From NCBI GenBank assembly GCA_947581835.1, contig CANPVV010000003.1:643-64642 (forward strand): a stretch of DNA of 64,000 bases, read 5' to 3'. Within the stretch, counting starts at the first letter, position 1, and every line of letters begins with the position of its first letter. The translations under genes and the position numbers were made by a program. Of this stretch, positions 45,394 to 53,794 are shown one piece after another. Source of the DNA: an uncultured Bacilli bacterium (GTDB taxonomy: Bacteria; Bacillota_I; Bacilli_A; RF39; UBA660). The notes under the pieces are model-generated. The model was not told the DNA's origin, did no database searches, and was given only the letters and a program-made list of their open reading frames with translations.

Positions 45394-47166
45394 TTAGTCT
45401 AATTGAACTACGTATGGGTTAGTACTTGTACCCTTTTCGCCACTTGTACCATCTCCATCTGTAGTAAACTTGGTATTAGCTTTGAGATTTATTACTGGGC
45501 GCACACCTATATCAGTGTCAGACACGTTGTCGCCGTAGAGGTGACCATCACCATATACGCAGGATACACTAGCATAACCGCCGTTAAAGCTATGCGGAGA
45601 CATTGTCCAGTATTCTGCACCTGTATATAGCCAGTATCCGTAGTTATTAGCATTTGTTCCTCCTGCAAATTCTACTTCATCGGCTGTGATTAGGCCTACT
45701 GGATATGTTAATCTGCCATTTCCAACACCTTGTTTATCTCCATCCATTGTAAACAAGTCATTTGCACTTTGTGTACAATTAAATGTTGGTATATGTTTTT
45801 TTACCGTTCTTATATATGGTCCGTAATATGTTTGGGTGGTTCCAAAACCATATTTAGTTTTATCTGGTTTAGAAGTTGCACTTACTCCACTATATTGATA
45901 TGGTGTTCTATCATTGCAAAATCCTACACTTCCATCTAGTTGGTCTGTATAAGCAGTCAAGTTTGTACTATACCAATTTTCTATTGCTGTTTTAATAGTG
46001 CTTGGATTCGTATTTGTATGTGCATCTGTATAATTTCCTGATGTGTCTCCATACATATATCCTACATATTTATTACTCTTAGCAATTTCATTAAATGTAT
46101 TTATATTTATTTGACTATCTATTTTATCTGCCCATCTCCCATCAGTTGGTTTATTACTTCCAGAATAAATCAATCTTATGCTTCCATTTCCATTTATTCG
46201 GATTATTCGCCACCACTTATTAGCAAATTTTACCCAATTATTATTTACTGTTCCTCGGTAGTAATATGTTGTCCCAAAATCGTCTTCTCCACTATATAAA
46301 CCACTTTCTGATGAATCACAATCGCCATCGGTATGAGTTTCATTATTTGTATTAGGCTCGCAAACTATTTTATTAAATTCACTTTCATTTAGTGTAGATA
46401 ATGTACTCGTATCAATCCCTAAATCTGCTAAAGTTTTTTCTGATGGAATAACTTTATAATATAAATAACAAGCTGTGCCAGTTTTAGTTAAATTATCAAT
46501 TATTAATTGCTCTGTTTCTTTATTCCAACTTGGAATTGCATTATTACTGCAAATGCTTTTTTCAGCATCAATAGTATATCCCGTTTGGGGAATATCACCA
46601 TTTTCTATTTTTTTATATGTTCCTTCTTCATTTTCTATATAGGCTGCTAAAATATTTATTTTAGGAGTTTTATTATTTTCTTCTAATTTTATATTACTTT
46701 TAAATTCTCCTTCTTTATTTTTATTATTATAATCTAATATTAGATAATAATAGTTTGTTTTACTAGTAACAGAAGAATTTATATATTCTTCTTCTAATAG
46801 ATTTACTGTTTGTTCTTTTTCTTCTTTGTTTATTTTTCCTTCATTTAGTGATTTTAGTTTTTCTATTTTGGATTTACTTTTTATTAATTCATTTGATTTG
46901 TATATTTTATAGTTTATATTGTCATATAAACTATTGGTTATATTCCAATTTAAATTATAACCAATTAATTCATTATCTCCAGTTGCTATAACTTTAATAG
47001 TTAATATATCTTTATTTAAATTACTTTCAACTTTAATATCACTATTTTTAATATTAAGAGATAAAGTATTAAATTTTATATTTTCTTTAAATATATTATT
47101 TTTAATAATAAATATAGAAACTATACTTATTAAAATAATAATTATTAAAATATTTTTATTTTTCAT
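45394..47166 (-). CDS. Large secreted/anchored protein, paralog B (590 aa)
   Basis: N-terminal hydrophobic anchor. It shares three blocks with the upstream paralog: ATGDNELIGYNLNW; DDFGTTYYYRGTVNNNWVKFANKWWRIIRINGNGSIRLIY; and GFCNDRTPY...GLITADEV...YWTMSP...GVRPVINLK. Confidence 0.6.
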   Translation of the reverse strand: MKNKNILIIIILISIVSIFIIKNNIFKENIKFNTLSLNIKNSDIKVESNLNKDILTIKVIATGDNELIGYNLNWNITNSLYDNINYKIYKSNELIKSKSKIEKLKSLNEGKINKEEKEQTVNLLEEEYINSSVTSKTNYYYLILDYNNKNKEGEFKSNIKLEENNKTPKINILAAYIENEEGTYKKIENGDIPQTGYTIDAEKSICSNNAIPSWNKETEQLIIDNLTKTGTACYLYYKVIPSEKTLADLGIDTSTLSTLNESEFNKIVCEPNTNNETHTDGDCDSSESGLYSGEDDFGTTYYYRGTVNNNWVKFANKWWRIIRINGNGSIRLIYSGSNKPTDGRWADKIDSQININTFNEIAKSNKYVGYMYGDTSGNYTDAHTNTNPSTIKTAIENWYSTNLTAYTDQLDGSVGFCNDRTPYQYSGVSATSKPDKTKYGFGTTQTYYGPYIRTVKKHIPTFNCTQSANDLFTMDGDKQGVGNGRLTYPVGLITADEVEFAGGTNANNYGYWLYTGAEYWTMSPHSFNGGYASVSCVYGDGHLYGDNVSDTDIGVRPVINLKANTKFTTDGDGTSGEKGTSTNPYVVQLD

Positions 47167-49029
47167 TTAATTTACCTCCACTTCAAATGGATTATTTGCT
47201 GTACCGTCTCCGCCAGCTTTAAATGGTGTCTCGGCTTTTAAATTTATTACTGGGCGTATACCAATACCAGTGGTATTAACGCTGTCGTAGGAGATAGCTC
47301 CAAGATCATACACAAAAAATATCTGGGCATATTGGCTAGAACTAACATCAAAGCTATATGGTGATATTGTCCAATATTTGTTATTTGTATATAAATAATA
47401 ACCTGTATTTGATGTAAGTTCATACGCTCCTGCATACATTACTTCATCCGCTGTGATTAACCCTACCGGATTTTCTAATGCTTGATTACCATTTTCATCG
47501 TCATTGGTTATTGTAAATAAATCATTTTGCTGTGGACACTTAAATATTGGTTTATGTGTTTTAAAAGCCCTTATATATGCTCCATAAGACGTTGTAATAT
47601 TTTTATAACCGTGACCACTAGTATCCAATTTAGAAGTAGCTAAACTTCCATCATAAGGAGTTCTATCATTACAAAAGCCTGTTGCTCCATCTATATCATT
47701 TTCATATTGTTGTAAATTTTCTAAATACCAAGAATCTAACTCTGTAAGTATTTTACTTTTAGTGGCATTTGTATGGGCATCTGCATATTTAGTTGCTCCT
47801 GTAGTTCCATATTTAAATCCAACATAAGTATTATCAGAATAATGACTATTGTCATTATATAGAATATTTGACTTAGCTAAACCATTTCCATTTGCATCAG
47901 TTCCAACGTAAATTAATCTTATAGTTCCGTTTCCATTTATTCTTACTATTCGCCAAAATTTATCTGCAAATTTTACCCAATTATTTTCTCCTTTTCCTCT
48001 AAAGTAATAAGTATCTCCATAGTCATCTTGTCCTTTGCAAAGTAAGGCTTTATTACCTTCTATATCAGTTATATTTGTTGCCTCTCCTGTGGTTTCATCT
48101 ATTGTTGGGCAATCATTTTCAGATAGGGTTAGATTAGGAAATTTTGCAAAGGTATCTTTTGCGGTTGTTCTATTTTTAAAATATAGTTCACACATGGTTC
48201 CGGATTTGGTATAGTTACTAAAACTTAGTTTATTAGTGTTATAATTCCAATTTGGAATTGTTTCATTATTGCAAGTAGTTCTTTCCATGTCTAAAATTTG
48301 ATCTTTGGGTAATGTCTCATCTGTTTGTTCTTCATATGAACCATCTTCTTGTTGGACATAGACAGCCATTTCAATATCGGCTTCTATATTACTTGCTTCT
48401 ATTTTAACTTCACCGCTAAAGGTTTGTTCACTATCCTTATTTTGAGATTTGTCTTCATTTGGATATTCTAAAACTATGTAATAGTAGGCTGTTTCGCCTG
48501 GATTTGGGAGAGAATTTATAAATTGGTCTTGGGCTATATATACTTTTTTTGTATCTGCACTAGTTTCAATTGTTGCTTCCCCTACTGCTGTTCCTAGTTG
48601 GTCTATGTTGTTTATGCTGCATTCTTCATAAGCCATAATACCTTTACTGACTACTTTTTGTTTTTTATTACAGTTGGCTGATATATTTAGTTCAGTATTT
48701 GGTTTATCTGATTTATAAACTTTTAAATTCAGAGAAGTAATTAAATTGTTTGTTCCTTCCCAGTATATATTAAAAGGAATTAGTTCATTATCGCCGGTTG
48801 CAGTTACTTCTAAATATGAGACTATTTTATGTCCGGGAAGCATATCGGGACTATCAATTTCTATATTACCTTTTGACGTAACAGTTGAATTTTTAATTGC
48901 TGTTGCAGTTGTTCCTTTGGTTAATGCTCCATCACCTTTAGTTATGTTTCTACCTGTAAAATAGGCAAAAGTTAGACTTATGCCAATTAATAATATAAGA
49001 GTATATACTCCCACTTTTTTCTTATCCAT
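47167..49029 (-). CDS. Large secreted protein, paralog A (620 aa), with a TasA/CalY-class (SipW-type) N-terminal signal
   Basis: The N-terminus MDKKKVGVYTLILLIGISLTFAYFTGR resembles SipW-dependent signal peptides (..GGGTFAYFSD in camelysin). A beta-rich N-domain follows (PGHKIVSYLEVTATGDNELI). The C-terminal ~300 aa are paralogous to 45394-47166. Confidence 0.6.
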   Translation of the reverse strand: MDKKKVGVYTLILLIGISLTFAYFTGRNITKGDGALTKGTTATAIKNSTVTSKGNIEIDSPDMLPGHKIVSYLEVTATGDNELIPFNIYWEGTNNLITSLNLKVYKSDKPNTELNISANCNKKQKVVSKGIMAYEECSINNIDQLGTAVGEATIETSADTKKVYIAQDQFINSLPNPGETAYYYIVLEYPNEDKSQNKDSEQTFSGEVKIEASNIEADIEMAVYVQQEDGSYEEQTDETLPKDQILDMERTTCNNETIPNWNYNTNKLSFSNYTKSGTMCELYFKNRTTAKDTFAKFPNLTLSENDCPTIDETTGEATNITDIEGNKALLCKGQDDYGDTYYFRGKGENNWVKFADKFWRIVRINGNGTIRLIYVGTDANGNGLAKSNILYNDNSHYSDNTYVGFKYGTTGATKYADAHTNATKSKILTELDSWYLENLQQYENDIDGATGFCNDRTPYDGSLATSKLDTSGHGYKNITTSYGAYIRAFKTHKPIFKCPQQNDLFTITNDDENGNQALENPVGLITADEVMYAGAYELTSNTGYYLYTNNKYWTISPYSFDVSSSQYAQIFFVYDLGAISYDSVNTTGIGIRPVINLKAETPFKAGGDGTANNPFEVEVN

Positions 49030-49227
49030 TTTTAAATTCTCCCTTTACCTTTTAACATATTACAACTTTTTTAAGATTTTTTCATTACATTCGACAAATG
49101 TTGTCAAAAATAATTTGTTATATTATTTGTAATATTTTCGTTATATATTTATATTACAATAATTATTAAAAAAATTCAATATTATTTAGATTATTTATTT
49201 TAAAAATAATTTAATAAATTATCTTTT

Positions 49228-49324
49228 GTTGCCGAATGGGTTGCTGCAAAGTTGCCGTAAAGTAGCCGAAAGAAATGATAGTGCCCGAATAGTGACCGAA
49301 AGTGACCGAAATGTGCCCGAAAAA
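49228..49324. repeat. Array of eight ~11-nt tandem repeats, consensus GTNNCCGAAA
   Basis: Copies start at 49228 (GTTGCCGAATGG), 49240 (GTTGCTGCAAA), 49251 (GTTGCCGTAAA), 49262 (GTAGCCGAAA), 49281 (GTGCCCGAATA), 49292 (GTGACCGAAA), 49302 (GTGACCGAAAT) and 49313 (GTGCCCGAAAAA). They form a GC-rich island in a very AT-rich divergent intergenic region. Confidence 0.7.
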
Positions 49325-49388
49325 CTTTTTATTAGTTATTTTAAGTACTTTTATTAGTTTTTACATATATTATATTAGGTGGTTGTCT

Positions 49389-49661
49389 ATGTTTGGAGCA
49401 CCAGTTCAAAGTGGTTTAACATTTAGTAAAGTTCTTAGTGGAATATCTAAGACTTTAAGTGTAGCTAATCAGGTTATTCCCCTTTATAGAGAGGCAAAAC
49501 CTATGATTAATAATGCTAAAAATATATTGAGTGTGTTAAGAGAAATGAATACAGGTAGTAGTAATAAAGATAGTGAAAAAGCAAAAACTAAAGAAATTAA
49601 AAAAGATTCAATAAAGAAGACTAAGACTAATTATAGTAATAGTCCTACTTTCTTTCTTTAA
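49389..49661 (+). CDS. YqfQ/VrrA-like small protein
   Basis: ATG 49389 after TAGGTGG is preferred to GTG 49302, which lies inside the repeat array. The pattern LTFSKVLSGISKTLSVANQVIPLYREAKPMINNAKNI resembles the YqfQ C-terminal region. Its position next to trmK-sigA-dnaG matches Bacillus synteny. Confidence 0.5.
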   Translation: MFGAPVQSGLTFSKVLSGISKTLSVANQVIPLYREAKPMINNAKNILSVLREMNTGSSNKDSEKAKTKEIKKDSIKKTKTNYSNSPTFFL

Positions 49662-50280
49662 GAATCTTTTTTATGTCTTTTAGTTCTTTTTTTAATTTAA
49701 AACGGGTTTTTATTTTAGTTATGGGAATAGTTTTTAAGAGAGATTTATTTTTAGTTATTAAGTAGTTATAATAGTCAAGATTAGTTGTTTTGCCATATTT
49801 TAGAATAAAGGGTGAATCTTTTTTGTTGGTTTTGGTAAATTTAATTATAGAATAGTATTTATCATGCTCACAGATGGTTTTTTCTTCTATATTATAGAAA
49901 CCTTTTTCTTGCATAAGGGTACGCAGTTGGGGAAGATGATTATTACTACTAATAATAAATTTAGTAATATTAGGGGGAATAGTTGTTAAAATACTTTCAA
50001 TAGTTTTAGTTCCTACTCCACTTATAATAACGGTATTGATATCTGCATCGGTAATATTTTCAAAACCATCTGAAAGATAGGTTTTAATAACTACTTGAGC
50101 TTTTTTAATATTATTGCGAGCATTATTTAGCGCACTTTCACTGATATCTGATGCATAAACATTGGTGCAGAGATGATTTTTTTTAAGATAGATAGCTAAA
50201 TAAGCATGATCACAGGCCATGTCTAAGACTTTATCTTGTTTATCGATAAATTGGGCAATAGCTAAGAGTTTATTATTCAT
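49645..50280 (-). CDS. trmK: tRNA (adenine22-N1)-methyltransferase TrmK
   Basis: 211 aa. The pattern L..IA.FI.....VLDMACDHAYLAIYL...SDI matches B. subtilis TrmK (ADIGSDHAYLP). Located downstream of sigA. Confidence 0.88.
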   Translation of the reverse strand: MNNKLLAIAQFIDKQDKVLDMACDHAYLAIYLKKNHLCTNVYASDISESALNNARNNIKKAQVVIKTYLSDGFENITDADINTVIISGVGTKTIESILTTIPPNITKFIISSNNHLPQLRTLMQEKGFYNIEEKTICEHDKYYSIIKFTKTNKKDSPFILKYGKTTNLDYYNYLITKNKSLLKTIPITKIKTRFKLKKELKDIKKILKERK

Positions 50281-51410
50281 TAGTCAGATAAAAAGTCCTT
50301 TAGTTTTTTAGCACGTGATGGATGACGTAATTTTCTTAAAGCTTTAGCTTCAATTTGACGGATTCGCTCCCGAGTAACATTAAATTTTTTACCCACTTCT
50401 TCAAGAGTATGACAGGTACCATCAACTAAACCAAAACGAAGTTCTAAGACTTCTTGTTCTCTTACTTGGAGAGTCATTAAAACACTTTTTATTTCTTCTT
50501 TTAAAATTTCATTTGTAGCGTATTCTTCAGGAGACATACTTGATTCATCTTTAATAAAATCACCAAGATGAGAGTCATCTTCTTCCCCAATTGGAGTTTC
50601 TAAAGAAACTGGTTCTTGACTTATTTTAATTACTTCTCTTACTTTATCAATACTAATACCCATTTTTTTAGCAAGTTCTTCTTCTGATGGTTCTCTATTT
50701 AATTCAAGAGTTAATTGTCTTTGAATACGACTCATTTTATTAATAGTTTCAACCATATGAACAGGAACACGAATAGTTCTTGCTTGGTCAGCTAAAGCTC
50801 TTGTTATAGCTTGTCTTATCCACCAAGTTGCATAAGTTGAAAATTTATAACCTTTATCACTATCGAATTTATCAACAGCTTTCATTAAGCCAATATTTCC
50901 TTCTTGGATTAAATCTAAGAATAAAAGACCTCTTCCTACATATCTTTTAGCAATACTTACAACAAGTCTTAAGTTAGATTCAGCAAGTTTATTTTTTGCA
51001 TATTCATCACCACTGGCTACTTTTTCACTTAATTCTAATTCTTCTTCAGGAGAAAGTAAGCTTATACGACCTATTTCTTTTAGATACATACGAACTGGAT
51101 CATTGATATTAATATCTTTAGTAAGTTCCGCATCATCAAGTAAAATAGGTTCTTCTTCTAGGACTCTTGGAATACCCTCTTCGGTTCCAGCTTCTTCATC
51201 ATCAGCGATTACTTGAATCTCATTTTCCATTAAAGTATTATAGATTTCATCTAAAGAATCATTATCTATTTCTAAACCTTTTAAGCTTTCAGCAAGAGTT
51301 TCAAAAGTGATATATTTTTGAGTTTTACCTAAGGCAATTAATTCTTTTATTCTTTCATCTAAAGTTTTTACTTCAGCGATTTCTTTAACTGTTTTTATTT
51401 CTTCATTCAT
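50280..51410 (-). CDS. sigA: Primary RNA polymerase sigma factor (SigA/RpoD)
   Basis: Regions 1.2 to 4.2 are present ([70 protein letters not shown]). Confidence 0.96.
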   Translation of the reverse strand: MNEEIKTVKEIAEVKTLDERIKELIALGKTQKYITFETLAESLKGLEIDNDSLDEIYNTLMENEIQVIADDEEAGTEEGIPRVLEEEPILLDDAELTKDININDPVRMYLKEIGRISLLSPEEELELSEKVASGDEYAKNKLAESNLRLVVSIAKRYVGRGLLFLDLIQEGNIGLMKAVDKFDSDKGYKFSTYATWWIRQAITRALADQARTIRVPVHMVETINKMSRIQRQLTLELNREPSEEELAKKMGISIDKVREVIKISQEPVSLETPIGEEDDSHLGDFIKDESSMSPEEYATNEILKEEIKSVLMTLQVREQEVLELRFGLVDGTCHTLEEVGKKFNVTRERIRQIEAKALRKLRHPSRAKKLKDFLSD

Positions 51411-53136
51411 TTCCTACACTTCCTTTTTTAAGTTCAAATATTTTTAAAGCTAATTCGGCTTTTTTTTCTTCATCTAATTCATTATGCATTTCATTTTTTA
51501 AGTTTTTAATAGTTATTTTGGCTTCTTCTATAGAAGCAGTTTTAAGTAAATCTTCAAAGGTTTTACTAGTTAATTCTTCAATATTGTTGTTTTTGATGAT
51601 AGCCATGGTATCATCGTATAAATATTCATGGGTGGTAATATAAGTAATAAAATCGGATAGATTGATATCTTTATAGGTATCATAATAGTAGATTATATCA
51701 TTAGCAATAGTGCGATATTTCTTGATACTAAAGTAACCTAAATCTTTTTGAAATTTATTGATATATTTATAATCATTCATCATAAAATAAAGGATATTTT
51801 CACATACTAATTCATATTTTGATAAAACTTTGGGGGTTGCAGGTGGTTGTTTTTTGGGTTTAGGTTCCTTAATTTTGCCTAATTCTCTTTCTAAGAGGTC
51901 TAGGGGAATATCATATTCTGTGCTCATTTTTTTTAGAGTTATAGTTCTAGTTAGATCATCATCAATATCCTTTAGAGCATTCGTGATATCTTTAATATAG
52001 GTAACTAAATCAGTGGTTTTAGTTAGGTCTTTATTTTTTTTGTAGTATTTTAGTTTGAAATCAAGAAATGTTAGAGGATTGTTGAGATTGTTTTTGATGG
52101 CAGCAACACCATTTTTAATGATATATTCATCAGGATCTTTTTCACCGCTTAAGCGAACAACAAAAGGAGAAAGATTGTTTGTAAGTAAGATATCACCATT
52201 GTTTAGGGTGGCAAGTTCCCCGGCCTCATCATTATCAAACATTAAAATTATTTTGGCTCGCAGGTTTTTTAGAATTGCTACTTGATTAGAAGTTAGGGCT
52301 GTACCCATTAGAGCAACAACATTTTTAATACCTACTGAAAATAGTCTTATCGCATCCATATTGCCTTCCACGATGATTACTTCTTTTTGTTTTTTGATTT
52401 CGGTTTTAGCCCGGTGGTAATTAAAAAGAATTTGACCTTTTTTAAAGATAGGACTTTCTTTAGTATTGATATATCTTGCTTGATCAGTATTTTCATAGAT
52501 ACGGCCAGTAAAACCAACGGGATTACCATCTAAATCATGAATTGGAAAAATAATACGATTTTGAAAGACGTCATTTAAATAGTTACCATTTTCTTTAGCT
52601 AAACCTAAATTAATTAAACTGGAGGCTTTATAGTTTTTACTTAGTAAGAGTTTATTTAAAGGATAGTCATGGTTTAAAGCTAAACCTAAATCAAAATCTT
52701 TGATAACCTTGGGGCCAAGGGAACGACTATTTAGATATTCCCGGGCTTTTTCACCGTTTTTGGTATTTAAATTGTTTTGATAAAAGTGAATTGCTAAAGA
52801 CATTATGGCATATTCTTCCTCATGGGGAGTAGTTTTTTTATAAGTTACATTACCATGAAAAGAGGAACCAATTTTTTCGGCAACAATTTTAACGGCTTCA
52901 ATAAATGAAACATTTTCATATTCACTTACAAAAGTAAAGACATTGCCGGATGCACCACAGGAGAAACATTTATAGATTTGTTTTTCTTCAGAGACACTCA
53001 TACTAGGTGAGTGATCTTCATGGAAGGGACAGACACCAAAATAGTTTTTCCCTTTTTGAACTAAATTTATATCATAACTTCTTACTATATCAACAATATT
53101 AGCCTGCGACTTTATTTTTGATATTTCGTCATTCAT
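51403..53136 (-). CDS. dnaG: DNA primase
   Basis: Zinc ribbon [13 protein letters not shown]...[11 protein letters not shown] and a TOPRIM domain ([10 protein letters not shown]...FDNDEAG). The stop overlaps the sigA start. Confidence 0.95.
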   Translation of the reverse strand: MNDEISKIKSQANIVDIVRSYDINLVQKGKNYFGVCPFHEDHSPSMSVSEEKQIYKCFSCGASGNVFTFVSEYENVSFIEAVKIVAEKIGSSFHGNVTYKKTTPHEEEYAIMSLAIHFYQNNLNTKNGEKAREYLNSRSLGPKVIKDFDLGLALNHDYPLNKLLLSKNYKASSLINLGLAKENGNYLNDVFQNRIIFPIHDLDGNPVGFTGRIYENTDQARYINTKESPIFKKGQILFNYHRAKTEIKKQKEVIIVEGNMDAIRLFSVGIKNVVALMGTALTSNQVAILKNLRAKIILMFDNDEAGELATLNNGDILLTNNLSPFVVRLSGEKDPDEYIIKNGVAAIKNNLNNPLTFLDFKLKYYKKNKDLTKTTDLVTYIKDITNALKDIDDDLTRTITLKKMSTEYDIPLDLLERELGKIKEPKPKKQPPATPKVLSKYELVCENILYFMMNDYKYINKFQKDLGYFSIKKYRTIANDIIYYYDTYKDINLSDFITYITTHEYLYDDTMAIIKNNNIEELTSKTFEDLLKTASIEEAKITIKNLKNEMHNELDEEKKAELALKIFELKKGSVGNE

Positions 53137-53242
53137 TCATTTTATCACCCCAAAAAATACCCCTCTAATAATAATTATTACCCGAACCCCTGGAATTTCC
53201 TTTTAAAAAAAGCAAATTTTTGAAAAAAACTTGCTTTTTTAA

Positions 53243-53794
53243 TTAAAACTTTACATTTTCTATACACTTTTTTAACTTACAATAGTAAATAGTTTGAGTA
53301 TTCTTGTTATCCTTAGTACAAGTGATTAAGGTTAGCATTTGATTACTAATAGTTTTTAAATAAAGAGTTCCAGTTTTAGCTTGATTTTCTATTTCACTTA
53401 TTTCATAAATATATTTATGATTATTATAGAAAAAAGTGATTTCTTCCCCTATTTCTAATTTATAAAGGTTTTTAAAATAGGCATGAAGACCAGTTCCAGA
53501 GTGTCCGGCGATAATAATATTACTTACAGGATTATCAGGCATGGTGGAACCCTTAATTAATTCTAAGTTTTTATTGACATTGTTTTCTTTAGAATTAAGG
53601 GGATAGATAGCCTCTTTTAGATTTATTTTAGGAATACTAAGTATGCCATAGTAAGTGTTATTAGATAGCTTAGTGGTTATTTCTTGTGATTTATTTTGGA
53701 TAGTAATTTGTTCTTTTTCATAATAGCTTACTGGAATAAATAGAGCAAGAAATAAACAGATTAAACTTAGTATTTTAAGAGAGCTTTTTAGCAT
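53243..53794 (-). CDS. Sortase (pilin/adhesin-dedicated; class not assignable)
   Basis: 183 aa with an N-terminal anchor, catalytic His (IIAGHSG) and the TLxTC motif (LTLITCT). It overlaps the adhesin gene by 20 nt. Confidence 0.85.
   Translation of the reverse strand: MLKSSLKILSLICLFLALFIPVSYYEKEQITIQNKSQEITTKLSNNTYYGILSIPKINLKEAIYPLNSKENNVNKNLELIKGSTMPDNPVSNIIIAGHSGTGLHAYFKNLYKLEIGEEITFFYNNHKYIYEISEIENQAKTGTLYLKTISNQMLTLITCTKDNKNTQTIYYCKLKKCIENVKF

Noticed and set aside
49228-49324. Interpreting all eight 11-nt repeats as bona fide Spo0A boxes.
   Set aside because: Only the first copy (TGCCGAA) fits TGNCGAA exactly. The others have an extra base (TGACCGAA, TGCCCGAA). The idea is kept only as one hypothesis within the repeat finding.
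49302-49388. The GTG-initiated N-terminal extension of the 49302-49661 ORF.
   Set aside because: The extension is translated from the GTNNCCGAAA repeat array and AT-rich spacer and has no RBS. The internal ATG at 49389 has a TAGGTGG RBS and begins the conserved YqfQ-like sequence.
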